A stretch of 64,000 nt of DNA from Candidatus Lokiarchaeum ossiferum (lineage in GTDB: Archaea > Asgardarchaeota > Lokiarchaeia > Sigyniarchaeales > Promethearchaeaceae), in assembly GCA_025839675.1 (NCBI GenBank), contig CP104013.1, positions 3,169,121 to 3,233,120 on the forward strand, in the 5' to 3' direction. Position 1 is the stretch's first letter, and every line of letters starts with the position of its first letter. The notes beneath the pieces are model-generated. The model had not been told where the DNA came from. It saw nothing but the letters and a program-made list of their open reading frames with translations, and searched no databases. The position numbers were made by a program, and so were the translations under genes. Shown piece after piece: positions 16,208-27,278 of this stretch.

Positions 16208-18892
16208 GTGAAAACAAAAATCGGTTTTTTTATAAATTGTTCTAGAGAGAAGAATAGTGTTCATATTGGAGATTATACAATGAATCTTTTCGTAATATTT
16301 TCTTCTTTCGAAATGATGCTTTCTTATACAAATATAGTAATAGGAATCATTCTTTTGATTAAACAAATTCATGATATAAGAAGAAATGTAATTTCTCGAA
16401 TTCTTACATTTACAAAAACATACTTTCTTTTTATTTTGATAAATTGTTGTTTATCGATTTTTGATTCACTAATTTATCCAGAAAGGACGTTATATTATGT
16501 TTATATTTTGATATTTCTAGGTATTGGAAATATAATCTTTTATTTTAAGTTAAGACCAAAAAATATTCCAAATTTGCTTTTAAAAAAACCTGAATTGAAA
16601 TCTTATCCAAGGGGAAAAGTGAGAATTGGAACAATTTTCCATGAACAAAAAATATTGAAGAAATTTAAACTTAACATTGAAGATATAAAGAGACATATTA
16701 TTATCTATGGTCAAACAGGAACAGGAAAAACATGGTTTTTAAAAAATTTTCTATATCAATTTTCAAAAAATTTTCCAGAAATACCTTTTATGTTATTTGA
16801 ATTTAAGGGAGAATATTCAGATTTATCAAGCACTATTTCGAATGTAGATATTATTCGTCCTGGAGAAAACTTTAAAATTAATTTATTTGATTGTGATATA
16901 TTTCAGAAAGAGATATATGTTGAAATATTGTTTGATAGCTTAAAATCTTGTCAAATAATTGAAGGAAATGCGGATTTTTCCCCCCAAATGGAAAAAGTAT
17001 TAGTCGATGTATTAAAAAAAGTATGTTTCGATTCAAAAAATCAATCATGGAATACATTATTTACTATTATGGACGAATATGCAGTTCAAAATGTACGAAA
17101 CATCCCAATGTTAAATCAAACAATCATAAGTATAAAGAATAGATTACGTCGATATGCCTCAGGCACACTTTCATCTCTTTTCAATTTCAGTGAAGATTCT
17201 GATCATATATCTGATTTATTATCAAAGAATTGCGTTATTGATCTTGGCCATATACTTAAATTGGGAGGATCTAAAGAGGATGTAATTTTTTTTGCAAATC
17301 TAATTCTTAAATGGATTTGGGAATTTAATATGAAAAAAAATCCATCAGATAGCCTGAACCACATCACCATTTTTGAAGATGCTTCTTATATTGCTTCAAG
17401 AAAGCTTTTAGAAACCTCACACTTATCAACTTATTTAGAGGATATTGCACTACTTTTACGAGGTAAAGGAGAAGCGCTTATAACACTAACAACTACTTTG
17501 GATATTAGCAAAAACATCATTTTAAATTCTGGAACGAAATTTTTTTTTAAATTTAATGAAAATCCTGAAGATATTAATTATTTTATTGGATTAAAAAGTC
17601 AAGATCATATTGATATTAATGCCCTTAATATTGGTTTTTGTTTAGCAAAAATCGATTCTATTTCAGAGGTTTTTCTATTAAAAGGAGAAACTCTTAGAAA
17701 TGATAAGAAGAGAATTAAAAGAAAGGAAAAAATAGTGACCCAAAGGAAGAACAATATTTCATGTAAAAAAAATAAAAAAAAAAAAGATTTCTCACAATTG
17801 GATGCAAATAACAAAGTTTTGAAATCTAAATCAAGAATTATAAATGAAGAATCTAATCATGAGGGGTGTGCAAATGAAATGCAAATAAATAAGGATGAAA
17901 CTCACTTTTCACTAACTAAATTGATACAGCAGGCAGAAGAATTGTATTTGATTGAGAATTATAGGCAATCAACAGAAATACTTTCCATTGTACTCCATGA
18001 TCTAAAAAAAAATTCAAAAAATTTCATAAATATAGACCATAATCCCGATATTATTAACGAAATAAATGATATCATTGATAAGAAAATTGAAAAAACATTG
18101 GAAAATGAAGTCCTTAGTTCCAATGAAATTTTAAACGTGTTAAATATAACAAAAAGGATAAATCAGAAATATTTTTTGAATAAAATAGAAGTTTCAAAGC
18201 CTTTGGAACAAAATCATCTCCCCTTATTAAACCAAAACCCCATGTTGAAAAAAAAAGTGGACATAATTCAAACAGAAAAGAAAATTAATAACCAGAGTTC
18301 TTCAGCTCCAGGAATCATGTTGTTTTATTTCAATATGATCACAGGACCAGAAAAATATTATGAGATCAATAAACTTAAACTGCCAGATCATATAGAACAA
18401 AAAATTGCAAAAAGTATGGACACGAATTCAGGAGAATTTTGCTTGGAAATTGAAGGTTACTTTTTTTATATAAATATTTTCAGCATAGAATCAATATGGG
18501 CGCGTGGAAAAGAAGAAATAATTCAATTAGTCATTTTTTATAATTTAACTGAATTTAATAAGAATTTTATGTTATCTCGACTAAAAAAAAAAACTCATTC
18601 TCTAATTAAAGCCCTAAAACAAAGAAAGACATTATTCTATGCATTTTATTTACTGGATCCCACCAAAATGCTTATTAAAGGTGAGGAAATTAAGAAAGAA
18701 AGCATTTTCATTAAGATGGAAGTAAAAAAAATATATAATCATTTCGTGTATCAGAATAATTCGAAACACAAAATTGAAGCCATTTTCAACAAAGAATATA
18801 GATTGGACAACATAGATTTCGAGTATTTTAATTCTATCATAGAAGAATTATTATTAATTGAAAAAAGCAACCCATCCTTCAATTCAAAATAA
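16208..18892 (+). CDS. Membrane-anchored FtsK/HerA-superfamily P-loop ATPase (VirD4/CedB/TraG-like architecture), 894 aa; true start may be the internal Met near MNLFVIF
   Basis: The first ~110 aa contain three hydrophobic helices. Walker A is HIIIYGQTGTGKTWFL and the Walker B-like motif is HITIFEDASY. The C-terminal tail is long and K/N-rich. Confidence 0.55.
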   Translation: MKTKIGFFINCSREKNSVHIGDYTMNLFVIFSSFEMMLSYTNIVIGIILLIKQIHDIRRNVISRILTFTKTYFLFILINCCLSIFDSLIYPERTLYYVYILIFLGIGNIIFYFKLRPKNIPNLLLKKPELKSYPRGKVRIGTIFHEQKILKKFKLNIEDIKRHIIIYGQTGTGKTWFLKNFLYQFSKNFPEIPFMLFEFKGEYSDLSSTISNVDIIRPGENFKINLFDCDIFQKEIYVEILFDSLKSCQIIEGNADFSPQMEKVLVDVLKKVCFDSKNQSWNTLFTIMDEYAVQNVRNIPMLNQTIISIKNRLRRYASGTLSSLFNFSEDSDHISDLLSKNCVIDLGHILKLGGSKEDVIFFANLILKWIWEFNMKKNPSDSLNHITIFEDASYIASRKLLETSHLSTYLEDIALLLRGKGEALITLTTTLDISKNIILNSGTKFFFKFNENPEDINYFIGLKSQDHIDINALNIGFCLAKIDSISEVFLLKGETLRNDKKRIKRKEKIVTQRKNNISCKKNKKKKDFSQLDANNKVLKSKSRIINEESNHEGCANEMQINKDETHFSLTKLIQQAEELYLIENYRQSTEILSIVLHDLKKNSKNFINIDHNPDIINEINDIIDKKIEKTLENEVLSSNEILNVLNITKRINQKYFLNKIEVSKPLEQNHLPLLNQNPMLKKKVDIIQTEKKINNQSSSAPGIMLFYFNMITGPEKYYEINKLKLPDHIEQKIAKSMDTNSGEFCLEIEGYFFYINIFSIESIWARGKEEIIQLVIFYNLTEFNKNFMLSRLKKKTHSLIKALKQRKTLFYAFYLLDPTKMLIKGEEIKKESIFIKMEVKKIYNHFVYQNNSKHKIEAIFNKEYRLDNIDFEYFNSIIEELLLIEKSNPSFNSK

Positions 18893-18921
18893 TTTTAATC
18901 TAAATAATATATATATAACTT

Positions 18922-20136
18922 ATGTTAATTGGAATTGTAGGAAAACCTTCTTCAGGGAAAAGTACCTTCTTAAATGCAGCATGTCTAACCAATGCGAAAA
19001 CTGCGAATTATCCATTCACTACGATAAAACCTAATGTGGGTAAATCCGCTATTCGTGTGAAATGTGTTTGCAAAGAGTTTTCAGTTGATGATAATCCCAA
19101 AAATTCCCAATGCATCAATGGAGAACGTTTTATTCCAATTAAATTATTAGATGTTGCGGGATTGGTTCCAGATGCTCATTTAAATAAAGGAAGAGGAAAT
19201 CAATTTCTATCCGATCTCTCGAGAGCAGATGTATTGATTCATGTAATTGATATATCTGGAAGTTTAAATGCTGAAGGACAAGATGTCAAAAAAGGAAGCC
19301 ACAATCCAATGGATGATGTTTTATTTTTAGAAAAAGAAATCAATTATTGGTTTCGGGAGATCATTACTCGAAAAGATTGGGGAAAATTTGTTCGAAAAAT
19401 CGAGCAAGAAAAATTATCGTTCCTTGAAATGTTATTAGAGAGATTATCAGGAATTTCTATCAAAAAAGAACATATTATCAAAGCTATGCAAGAACTAAAC
19501 TTGGATTTTGAACATTTAACTATGTGGTCCGACGAAGATATCTTGAATTTTGCATCAAAACTACGGCAAGTATCAAAACCAATTTTGATCGTTGCCAACA
19601 AGATAGACACACCATATAGCGCAAAAATTTACGATAATTTAAAAACTCAGTTGAAACAAAGGATAATTCCATGCAGTGCATTGGCAGAATATTGGTTGAG
19701 GCAATTCGAACAACGTAATGTAATTGAATATTTGCCAGGAGACAATTCTTTTAAAATAACTAATCCTGATTTAATAACACCCACTGAGATAAAATCTTTG
19801 GAAGAAATTCAAAAAAAAATCCTTGACAAGTATGAGGGAACGGGAGTTCAGAAAGTTCTTAATTCTGCAGTTTTAGAAGTGCTAGATAATATTGTTGCTT
19901 ATCCTGTTTATGATCTTCATAATTTTTCAGACAAAGACGGAAATGTTTTTCCAGATGCATATATTGTGCAAAACGGAACCAAACTAAAAGAGTTTGTGAA
20001 TGATAAAATCCATTCAGATTTAGCCAAAAATTTTATTTATGGAATAAATGGGCGCACAAAAATGAGATTGGGGGAAAATTATGAATTACAAAATAATGAC
20101 GTCATTAAAATAGTATCCGCAGCAAAATCAAAATGA
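18922..20136 (+). CDS. ychF: Obg-family GTPase, YchF/OLA1-like
   Basis: G1 is GIVGKPSSGKST, followed by ANYPFTTIKPNVG. The GNQFLSDLSRADVLIHVID motif and a C-terminal TGS-like region match YchF architecture. Confidence 0.7.
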   Translation: MLIGIVGKPSSGKSTFLNAACLTNAKTANYPFTTIKPNVGKSAIRVKCVCKEFSVDDNPKNSQCINGERFIPIKLLDVAGLVPDAHLNKGRGNQFLSDLSRADVLIHVIDISGSLNAEGQDVKKGSHNPMDDVLFLEKEINYWFREIITRKDWGKFVRKIEQEKLSFLEMLLERLSGISIKKEHIIKAMQELNLDFEHLTMWSDEDILNFASKLRQVSKPILIVANKIDTPYSAKIYDNLKTQLKQRIIPCSALAEYWLRQFEQRNVIEYLPGDNSFKITNPDLITPTEIKSLEEIQKKILDKYEGTGVQKVLNSAVLEVLDNIVAYPVYDLHNFSDKDGNVFPDAYIVQNGTKLKEFVNDKIHSDLAKNFIYGINGRTKMRLGENYELQNNDVIKIVSAAKSK

Positions 20137-20430
20137 AAAAAAATTAGTTGTTTTCTTTGGATGAAAGTCCGACATATACCAGTAAAAGAATGATTAATCC
20201 AGCACTGAATAATTGTAATATCAATTTATAATTATCCATAGACCAATTAGATAATTGCATAGGTAAAAAGACCATGAATTAAAAGAAAGATCGAATAAAT
20301 AAAAAAAAATTGGTACAAAATTAAGCTAACATTCTGTAGAGCTAAAAAACTCGCAATAATAGCCAATAGAAATTTTATTACAAAAAGTTTATTACTAATT
20401 TAAAAAAAGAAATTTGAAAAATGCTAAAAG

Positions 20431-20503
20431 TGGACCTAGGGGAATTTGAATCCCCGACCCCCTGAGTGCAAGTCAGGTGCTCTACCAACTGAGCCATAGG
20501 CCC
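20431..20503 (-). tRNA. tRNA-Ala (anticodon TGC), G3:U70 present
   Basis: The reverse complement reads GGGCCTATGGCTCAGTTGGTAGAGCACCTGACTTGCACTCAGG...TTCAAAT...TAGGTCCA. It lies immediately downstream of the 16S on the same strand, in the spacer position. Confidence 0.85.
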
Positions 20504-20588
20504 TATTGAAAATAAAATTAAAAATACAAAAATTATTACAGTTCTCTAAAGAGAAAAGTAGGGTCGTTATGACCCTACTTAATGGTGT

Positions 20589-22082
<1,494 letters not shown>

Positions 22083-22642
22083 TATTAATTCGTTCTCGAT
22101 CCTTCCAAATGTTAAATTATCTCGCTATCGTTATAAACTTAAGTTTAAGAATTGGCAGGTTAACTCAGAGAGTTTACCTGCCCGTTGCTTCGTTGTAACT
22201 ACATCGGTCCCCCTACTGTGTAAAAGGACTTCATATGTTTTCCCAAGTCGATGGAAAGGAGTGTTTCATATCAATGGCTATGCCGTGATCCACACTCACG
22301 CCGATAAAGACATGGGTTAGGTATAATCAATTAAATCGATTACAAAATATACAATGAAGATGATAATTTAAACATATCGAAACTTCATTCTAAAAATCTG
22401 AATTTGAATCTTCCCTAATAAATTTTAACATTTCGAGAAAAAAGGGGATCTCTTCCAGCCTCCACTATTTTATTTAAATTTTTCTGATTGTTATTTTTTT
22501 TGGGAAGAGAAAATCAAATATAAATTTAATTCTACTATTTTAATTGAATTGCAATTAACTTTCGATTTTTGTTTTAAAAATTTTTGAAGTATTTTAAAAA
22601 TAAAAAAGGGGAGTAATAATAAACCAGTATCGGTGATATAAA

Positions 22643-23644
22643 ATAAAGCTCCTTGAACAAGTAAAACTTAACTTAGATAAAATCAAAAACACTAAGGGGG
22701 TAGAGAATGTTGTACTAACCCAACGAGATGGCAATCCTATCCAACATTCTGGAATTTGGCTCTCCAAAGATGAAATCTTCAGCATTTCTGCAGCCACTTC
22801 AGCAATATTTAATTGTGGAATTCATCTTCATGACGACAATCTGAAATATATTTTAATAGAGGGAAAGAAAGCTAAGGTACTGCTTTCTCCTTTGATGAAT
22901 TATGGAGGTGAAACATTAAGGAAAATTATTGAAGCTCAAGGACTTCAGGGAAATAATAATGAATTTTTTCTCGCAATTACGACACAACAGATGATAAACC
23001 TAGGAAGTATATTTCTAAAAACTCGGAACAACATTATAGACATAAAAAAGTCATTGATTTTATCCGGAGAATCTTTTATCCCCCCTCTTAGACATTTTTC
23101 TGAAAAGAAAATTAATGATATGTTTGATTCAATTGATGTTAAGGAAAATTTATCATACAATGATTCAATTGCTTATTTTTCATTCAATATTTCTAAAGAA
23201 TTGAATCAAAACTTGACTAATGTCTTAAAAGAATTTTCAAATCATACATTGGATCTAATTGATGCATTTATTACTTATGAAGGAGGATTTGTAATTGCTG
23301 AAAAAATCAATCCAAATATTATGGAATTGATGGATATTGATGCAAAAGCCACAATGAGTTATTCTTTATTTTCGACGGCAGACAAATGTGCATGGCTTTT
23401 GAAAAAAATGCATATAGAATCGATTTTGTTAGAATGCAAGGAATGTTTTCAATTTATAAATAAAGTTGGCAATGGGATCTTTTCTACAACTATTGCTAAA
23501 GGTCGACAAAAATTGGGATTACTAAGATTAATCATACCGAGATATTGTAAAAAAATTGTGGGGATTCTCCAAAATATTAATCTCGAAAGTAATTCAGCTA
23601 AAATTCCATCATTTCAAGATCTTTTTTCAGAATTAATTATTTAA
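22643..23644 (+). CDS. Tandem roadblock/LC7-domain (MglB-like) protein; N-terminal roadblock domain lies upstream of the first canonical start (ORF track starts at 22892)
   Basis: The frame is open from the stop at 22634-22636. The translation KLLEQVKLNLDKIKNTKGVENVVLTQRDGNPIQHSGIW...ISAATSAIFNCGIHL is a classic roadblock fold. A second roadblock-like domain occurs near the C-terminus (LIDAFITYEGGFVIAEK...). The SD-like GGTGAT at 22632 and the TATA-like ttttaaaaataaaaaa upstream suggest an ATA/ATT-type start or an ATG-to-ATA sequence error. Confidence 0.5.
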   Translation: MKLLEQVKLNLDKIKNTKGVENVVLTQRDGNPIQHSGIWLSKDEIFSISAATSAIFNCGIHLHDDNLKYILIEGKKAKVLLSPLMNYGGETLRKIIEAQGLQGNNNEFFLAITTQQMINLGSIFLKTRNNIIDIKKSLILSGESFIPPLRHFSEKKINDMFDSIDVKENLSYNDSIAYFSFNISKELNQNLTNVLKEFSNHTLDLIDAFITYEGGFVIAEKINPNIMELMDIDAKATMSYSLFSTADKCAWLLKKMHIESILLECKECFQFINKVGNGIFSTTIAKGRQKLGLLRLIIPRYCKKIVGILQNINLESNSAKIPSFQDLFSELII

Positions 23645-23660
23645 AAGGAGAGAATATTGA

Positions 23661-24560
23661 TTGAACATAATTGAAATATTGTCATCTTCAAACATTGAAG
23701 AGGTGTCCTTAATTTTTCAAAGCTTATTAAATCGCACTCCAATTTTAATAATAGGTTCAGATGAGTTTATCGTAGAAGAACTGATTAATTCCCTAACTAG
23801 TTTCATGCCTTTTAGAAATATATTGATATTTTTTGATGATTTTATTCATAATGACGATTATCAGGCACTGATTGAAAATGAAGAAGTTGATATTGAAACA
23901 GAAAGAAATCTTTTTATTTCCTTTCCCAATTCTGTTAACAAGGTCATTAATCTCACTGAAATCTTTTTTTCATGGATAGTTGGATGCACTGATAATGAAA
24001 GAAATCGAAAAGTAAATGAAATAATATGGAATAAATTCTATATCAATCATGATTTTTTTTTAAAAATAGATATCACAGACAATAAAATAAAGGCAGAAGT
24101 GATAGGTAGGAAATTTCACCCATTAGATTTAACATTTGAAAGATGGTTATTTCAGAATGCAATAAATCGAACTGAAATTTCCATAGAAAAAATGAAAAGA
24201 GTGATTGCAAAAAGCTATAAAAAAAGCAAGATTTCAGAAGCTGATTTAGAAGAACTTATGGATTTTTCGTTTGAAGAATTAGAGTTAAAAGAAAATATCT
24301 TAAAAAAAGAGATCATTAATTTTTTCCAGGCATGTAAAAGAACTTTTAGTGTGCTAAATAGATTAAAAAATATAGAATCTTTCGGTTTCTCTACTAAAAT
24401 TTCAACAAGGACAATTTATTCAACAATAGCCTATAAGTTTTCTTCTATTGGGAGAATTTTAGAATTTATTGAAAAAAATTGGAAAATAAATTTTTTTACA
24501 CTTCTTGATGCGAAAAAGACATCAAATTTTACTGATACATTTGAAAGTTTATGGGGATAA
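23661..24560 (+). CDS. Hypothetical protein (299 aa) co-operonic with MglB-like and MglA-like genes
   Basis: ORF with a 16-bp gap after the preceding gene. It overlaps the GTPase start by 10 nt. I recognised no motifs. Confidence 0.5.
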   Translation: MNIIEILSSSNIEEVSLIFQSLLNRTPILIIGSDEFIVEELINSLTSFMPFRNILIFFDDFIHNDDYQALIENEEVDIETERNLFISFPNSVNKVINLTEIFFSWIVGCTDNERNRKVNEIIWNKFYINHDFFLKIDITDNKIKAEVIGRKFHPLDLTFERWLFQNAINRTEISIEKMKRVIAKSYKKSKISEADLEELMDFSFEELELKENILKKEIINFFQACKRTFSVLNRLKNIESFGFSTKISTRTIYSTIAYKFSSIGRILEFIEKNWKINFFTLLDAKKTSNFTDTFESLWG

Positions 24561-25138
24561 AAATGATTGTTAACTATAATGAAAAAAAAATTCAAATCAA
24601 AATCGTTTATTATGGCTGTGCCCTCTCAGGAAAAACAACCAGTCTAAAAAGTTTATTTTCAGGCTATGGTAGAAATGATTTGTTAACTTCGATTGAAACT
24701 ACAACTGGACGTACACTTTTCTTCGATTTTGGAACACTTCAAATTAAAGGAGGAGAATGGACAGTAAAAATTTCACTCTACTCAGCCACAGGTCAAGATT
24801 TTTATGCTTCAACTAGACCCGCCACATTATCTGGAGCAGATGGAATAGTATTTATCATAGATTCACAAAAGAAATATCTATCGGATAATATTTCTTCATG
24901 GAATGAATTGAACAGATATTATCAAAACAGTCTAAATAATATGCCCTTAATTGTTTGTTTAAATAAGCAGGATCTCCCAGAATTATTGGATACGGATGTA
25001 ATAATTAAAAATCTTAACCTAAATAGCTACAATAAAGTAGAAATAATTAAAACGATTGCATCAAGGGCAGAAGATGTGCTTCAAGCTTTTAAAAGGATGT
25101 TAGCTCAAATATTTCCGAAAATAACTATCAAGAGTTGA
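24551..25138 (+). CDS. MglA-like small Ras-superfamily GTPase
   Basis: G1 is KIVYYGCALSGKTTSL, matching the MglA KIVYYGPGLSGKTT motif. G3 is SATGQD and G4 is LNKQD. Confidence 0.7.
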   Translation: MGIKMIVNYNEKKIQIKIVYYGCALSGKTTSLKSLFSGYGRNDLLTSIETTTGRTLFFDFGTLQIKGGEWTVKISLYSATGQDFYASTRPATLSGADGIVFIIDSQKKYLSDNISSWNELNRYYQNSLNNMPLIVCLNKQDLPELLDTDVIIKNLNLNSYNKVEIIKTIASRAEDVLQAFKRMLAQIFPKITIKS

Positions 25139-25569
25139 ACTTCTATTAAAATCCTCACTGATTTTTTTGATTTTTATTCGTTCTCAATTATTTTCTATAA
25201 TATTGAGATTTCATTTCAAAAAATAATTGTTTATACAATAATTCTTATCCTTTTGTCCTTTCTAATATCAATTACAGAGGGATTTACTGGAAAAGTCGTT
25301 ATTTTTCTAATTTTTATGGTGTTGGGCAGTTATTTTTTTTTGGAAATCGAAAAAATTAAAAATTTTAGAATTTTCCTAAGGATTTTAACTGAAAATAGCT
25401 TCTTTTTTAGTTTTCAAGATTTTTTTTTAATGAGAATGACTATTATTGATTTTTATCTACAATTCACAAAATTTATTGTTCTTTTCTTGTCAATTTTGAA
25501 TGTCTCTCTCATTTTTTTAGAAATTATTTGAGAATAAGTGATCAACTCCTCAAAACTAATCCCTTAATA

Positions 25570-25870
25570 AATCAAATTTTCTTGGGTCTTAACACCCATC
25601 CAATTGTGCATGAATTAGTGATCTTACGGCTGCTCCATCCCTGGCCTGACCGATTTTGATCTCTAAGCAGATTTCTCTTTCCCTACAGAAAAAGATTCAA
25701 CCTAATCCATCTCAAAAAGCAAGTGCATCATTGACAAGTAAGATAATCTTTTTTATTAAAGTTATAATTCTTTAAAGTTTTCTAAGTCCGCTATAGGCAC
25801 GGCTCCACTCAATATAGAGTTTCAAGGAATTGCCTAGATTCCCACGATCTAGTAACAGAATTTATGGATA
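25570..25870 (-). ncRNA. Probable SRP RNA (7S RNA); boundaries approximate
   Basis: The minus-strand sequence UUAGAGAUC-aaaau-CGGUCAGGCCAGGGAUGGAGCAGCCG-uaa-GAUCACUAA reproduces SRP helix 8 of domain IV. It has the GGU/GCC pairs, a symmetric CAGG/AGCA internal loop and a capped distal stem (compare E. coli GGUCAGGUCCGGAAGGAAGCAGCC). It sits in a GC-enriched stretch of a 770-bp ORF-poor gap. Confidence 0.5.
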
Positions 25871-25909
25871 TTAAAAAAATTTTCCAAAAAATTTTTGATT
25901 TATCTAATT

Positions 25910-27088
25910 TTATCCTATTAAGGCGATTTGACTTTGGTAAAATTTCTGAATTAATTTTGTTTCTAATTCAGATTTTGATAATAGTACCATTTTTTTTAAC
26001 TTAAATAGAACAGTTTTGGTATTCAATTTTTGTATATCACAATTTTTTTCAAGAATGACGATTAGTATCCTCATACGGGAATAAAATTTTATTAAAAAAT
26101 TTGAAAAATCCTTTAAATTTAGTTTTTCTTGAATTAAAATTACACTTTGAAGGGAAGGAATACAGATTTCTCCATCTCCCTCTTGATTAAATTGAATTTC
26201 TTTAGATATCAATATCTTTTTTGTTTTCTCGAGTAATGATTCGTTAATTCTGGAAAGTATTGAACCATCAGTCTGATTTGGGATATATTCAGAATTTATG
26301 AAAGAATTCTCGAAATATGATAGAGATTGAAGCATTAAATCACAATTTTCTATTTTTCTAATATGATTGGTTGTATTTTTTATAAGATTTAGGAATGTGC
26401 GTATACTCAAGTTCTTTTTTTTTAATTGTATATCAATTTCATGAGATTGAACCATTTGGGTAAATTTTTGAATAGATTCAGGATCAGATGTTTTTAATAT
26501 CAATATTGGATTAATTTTCGTTTTAATGGTAAATTTGAAAGTTAGAAAAGCATCTATATTTAATGATTCTAGAAGATCCAAGAAAAAAACTAAATTCGAG
26601 TTGGAAAAATTTAGTTTAGTAAATTGAAATATTGCAAAAGATATTTTTTTTGAATTTTCTTGATTAAATAATATAAAGGTAGAATCACCGTATGCAATTT
26701 TACAATTTCTACTTAATTTCTGAAAATTTTCAATTTGCAAGAAAAAATTCTTTTCCAGTTCCTTATTTTCAAGAATACATAAATCTTTATTTTCAAAGTC
26801 GCACTTTAAAAGAGTTTTAATATTTCTATGGGTTTCAAACACTTCTTTTTTATTTTTACCATCAATATGGAAAAATAATACAATTCTTGATGGATTTAAA
26901 TATAATTTTACCGAGAGAGATGTTTTAACTTGAAATTTCTGAAATGTTTTAAAGATCACTTTCAATCCAGATAAATTTTTAATTATAACCCCTCGATATG
27001 AACTTACTCTTTTTGAATATTCATAGTATAAAATATCATTATTAATAAGAAAACTATCAATTGCGATTTTCTCCTTCCTTAATAACAC
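25910..27088 (-). CDS. Hypothetical protein (392 aa)
   Basis: Long ORF with K/N/I-rich host-like composition and no recognised motifs. Confidence 0.45.
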   Translation of the reverse strand: MLLRKEKIAIDSFLINNDILYYEYSKRVSSYRGVIIKNLSGLKVIFKTFQKFQVKTSLSVKLYLNPSRIVLFFHIDGKNKKEVFETHRNIKTLLKCDFENKDLCILENKELEKNFFLQIENFQKLSRNCKIAYGDSTFILFNQENSKKISFAIFQFTKLNFSNSNLVFFLDLLESLNIDAFLTFKFTIKTKINPILILKTSDPESIQKFTQMVQSHEIDIQLKKKNLSIRTFLNLIKNTTNHIRKIENCDLMLQSLSYFENSFINSEYIPNQTDGSILSRINESLLEKTKKILISKEIQFNQEGDGEICIPSLQSVILIQEKLNLKDFSNFLIKFYSRMRILIVILEKNCDIQKLNTKTVLFKLKKMVLLSKSELETKLIQKFYQSQIALIG

Positions 27089-27278
27089 ATACTTTAATTT
27101 CGAGTTTATTTTTAAATGACTTCAAATTTCTCAATTTTCTTAAAATTTACTTTCACTTTACTCTCAAGCTTCTAGAACCAATCATTCAATCAATAGAATA
27201 GTATTATCATTCAAGAAGTTTGAAACTTAGGACAATCCATTAAAAATTACAGAATAATTCATCATTTGAGGATTATTT

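Noticed and set aside
25253-25531. 92-aa hydrophobic ORF in the 770-bp gap
   Set aside because: It is F/I/L-rich low-complexity translation of AT-rich DNA with no good start context. It is probably noncoding. The gap more likely hosts the SRP RNA and promoters.
25790-25830. RNase P RNA-like AAGUCCG...GGCUCC / AUAGGCA motifs on the plus strand
   Set aside because: The order of elements does not match RNase P CR-I/P4-P5. The same region on the minus strand gives a much better SRP RNA helix-8 match, so I called it SRP RNA.
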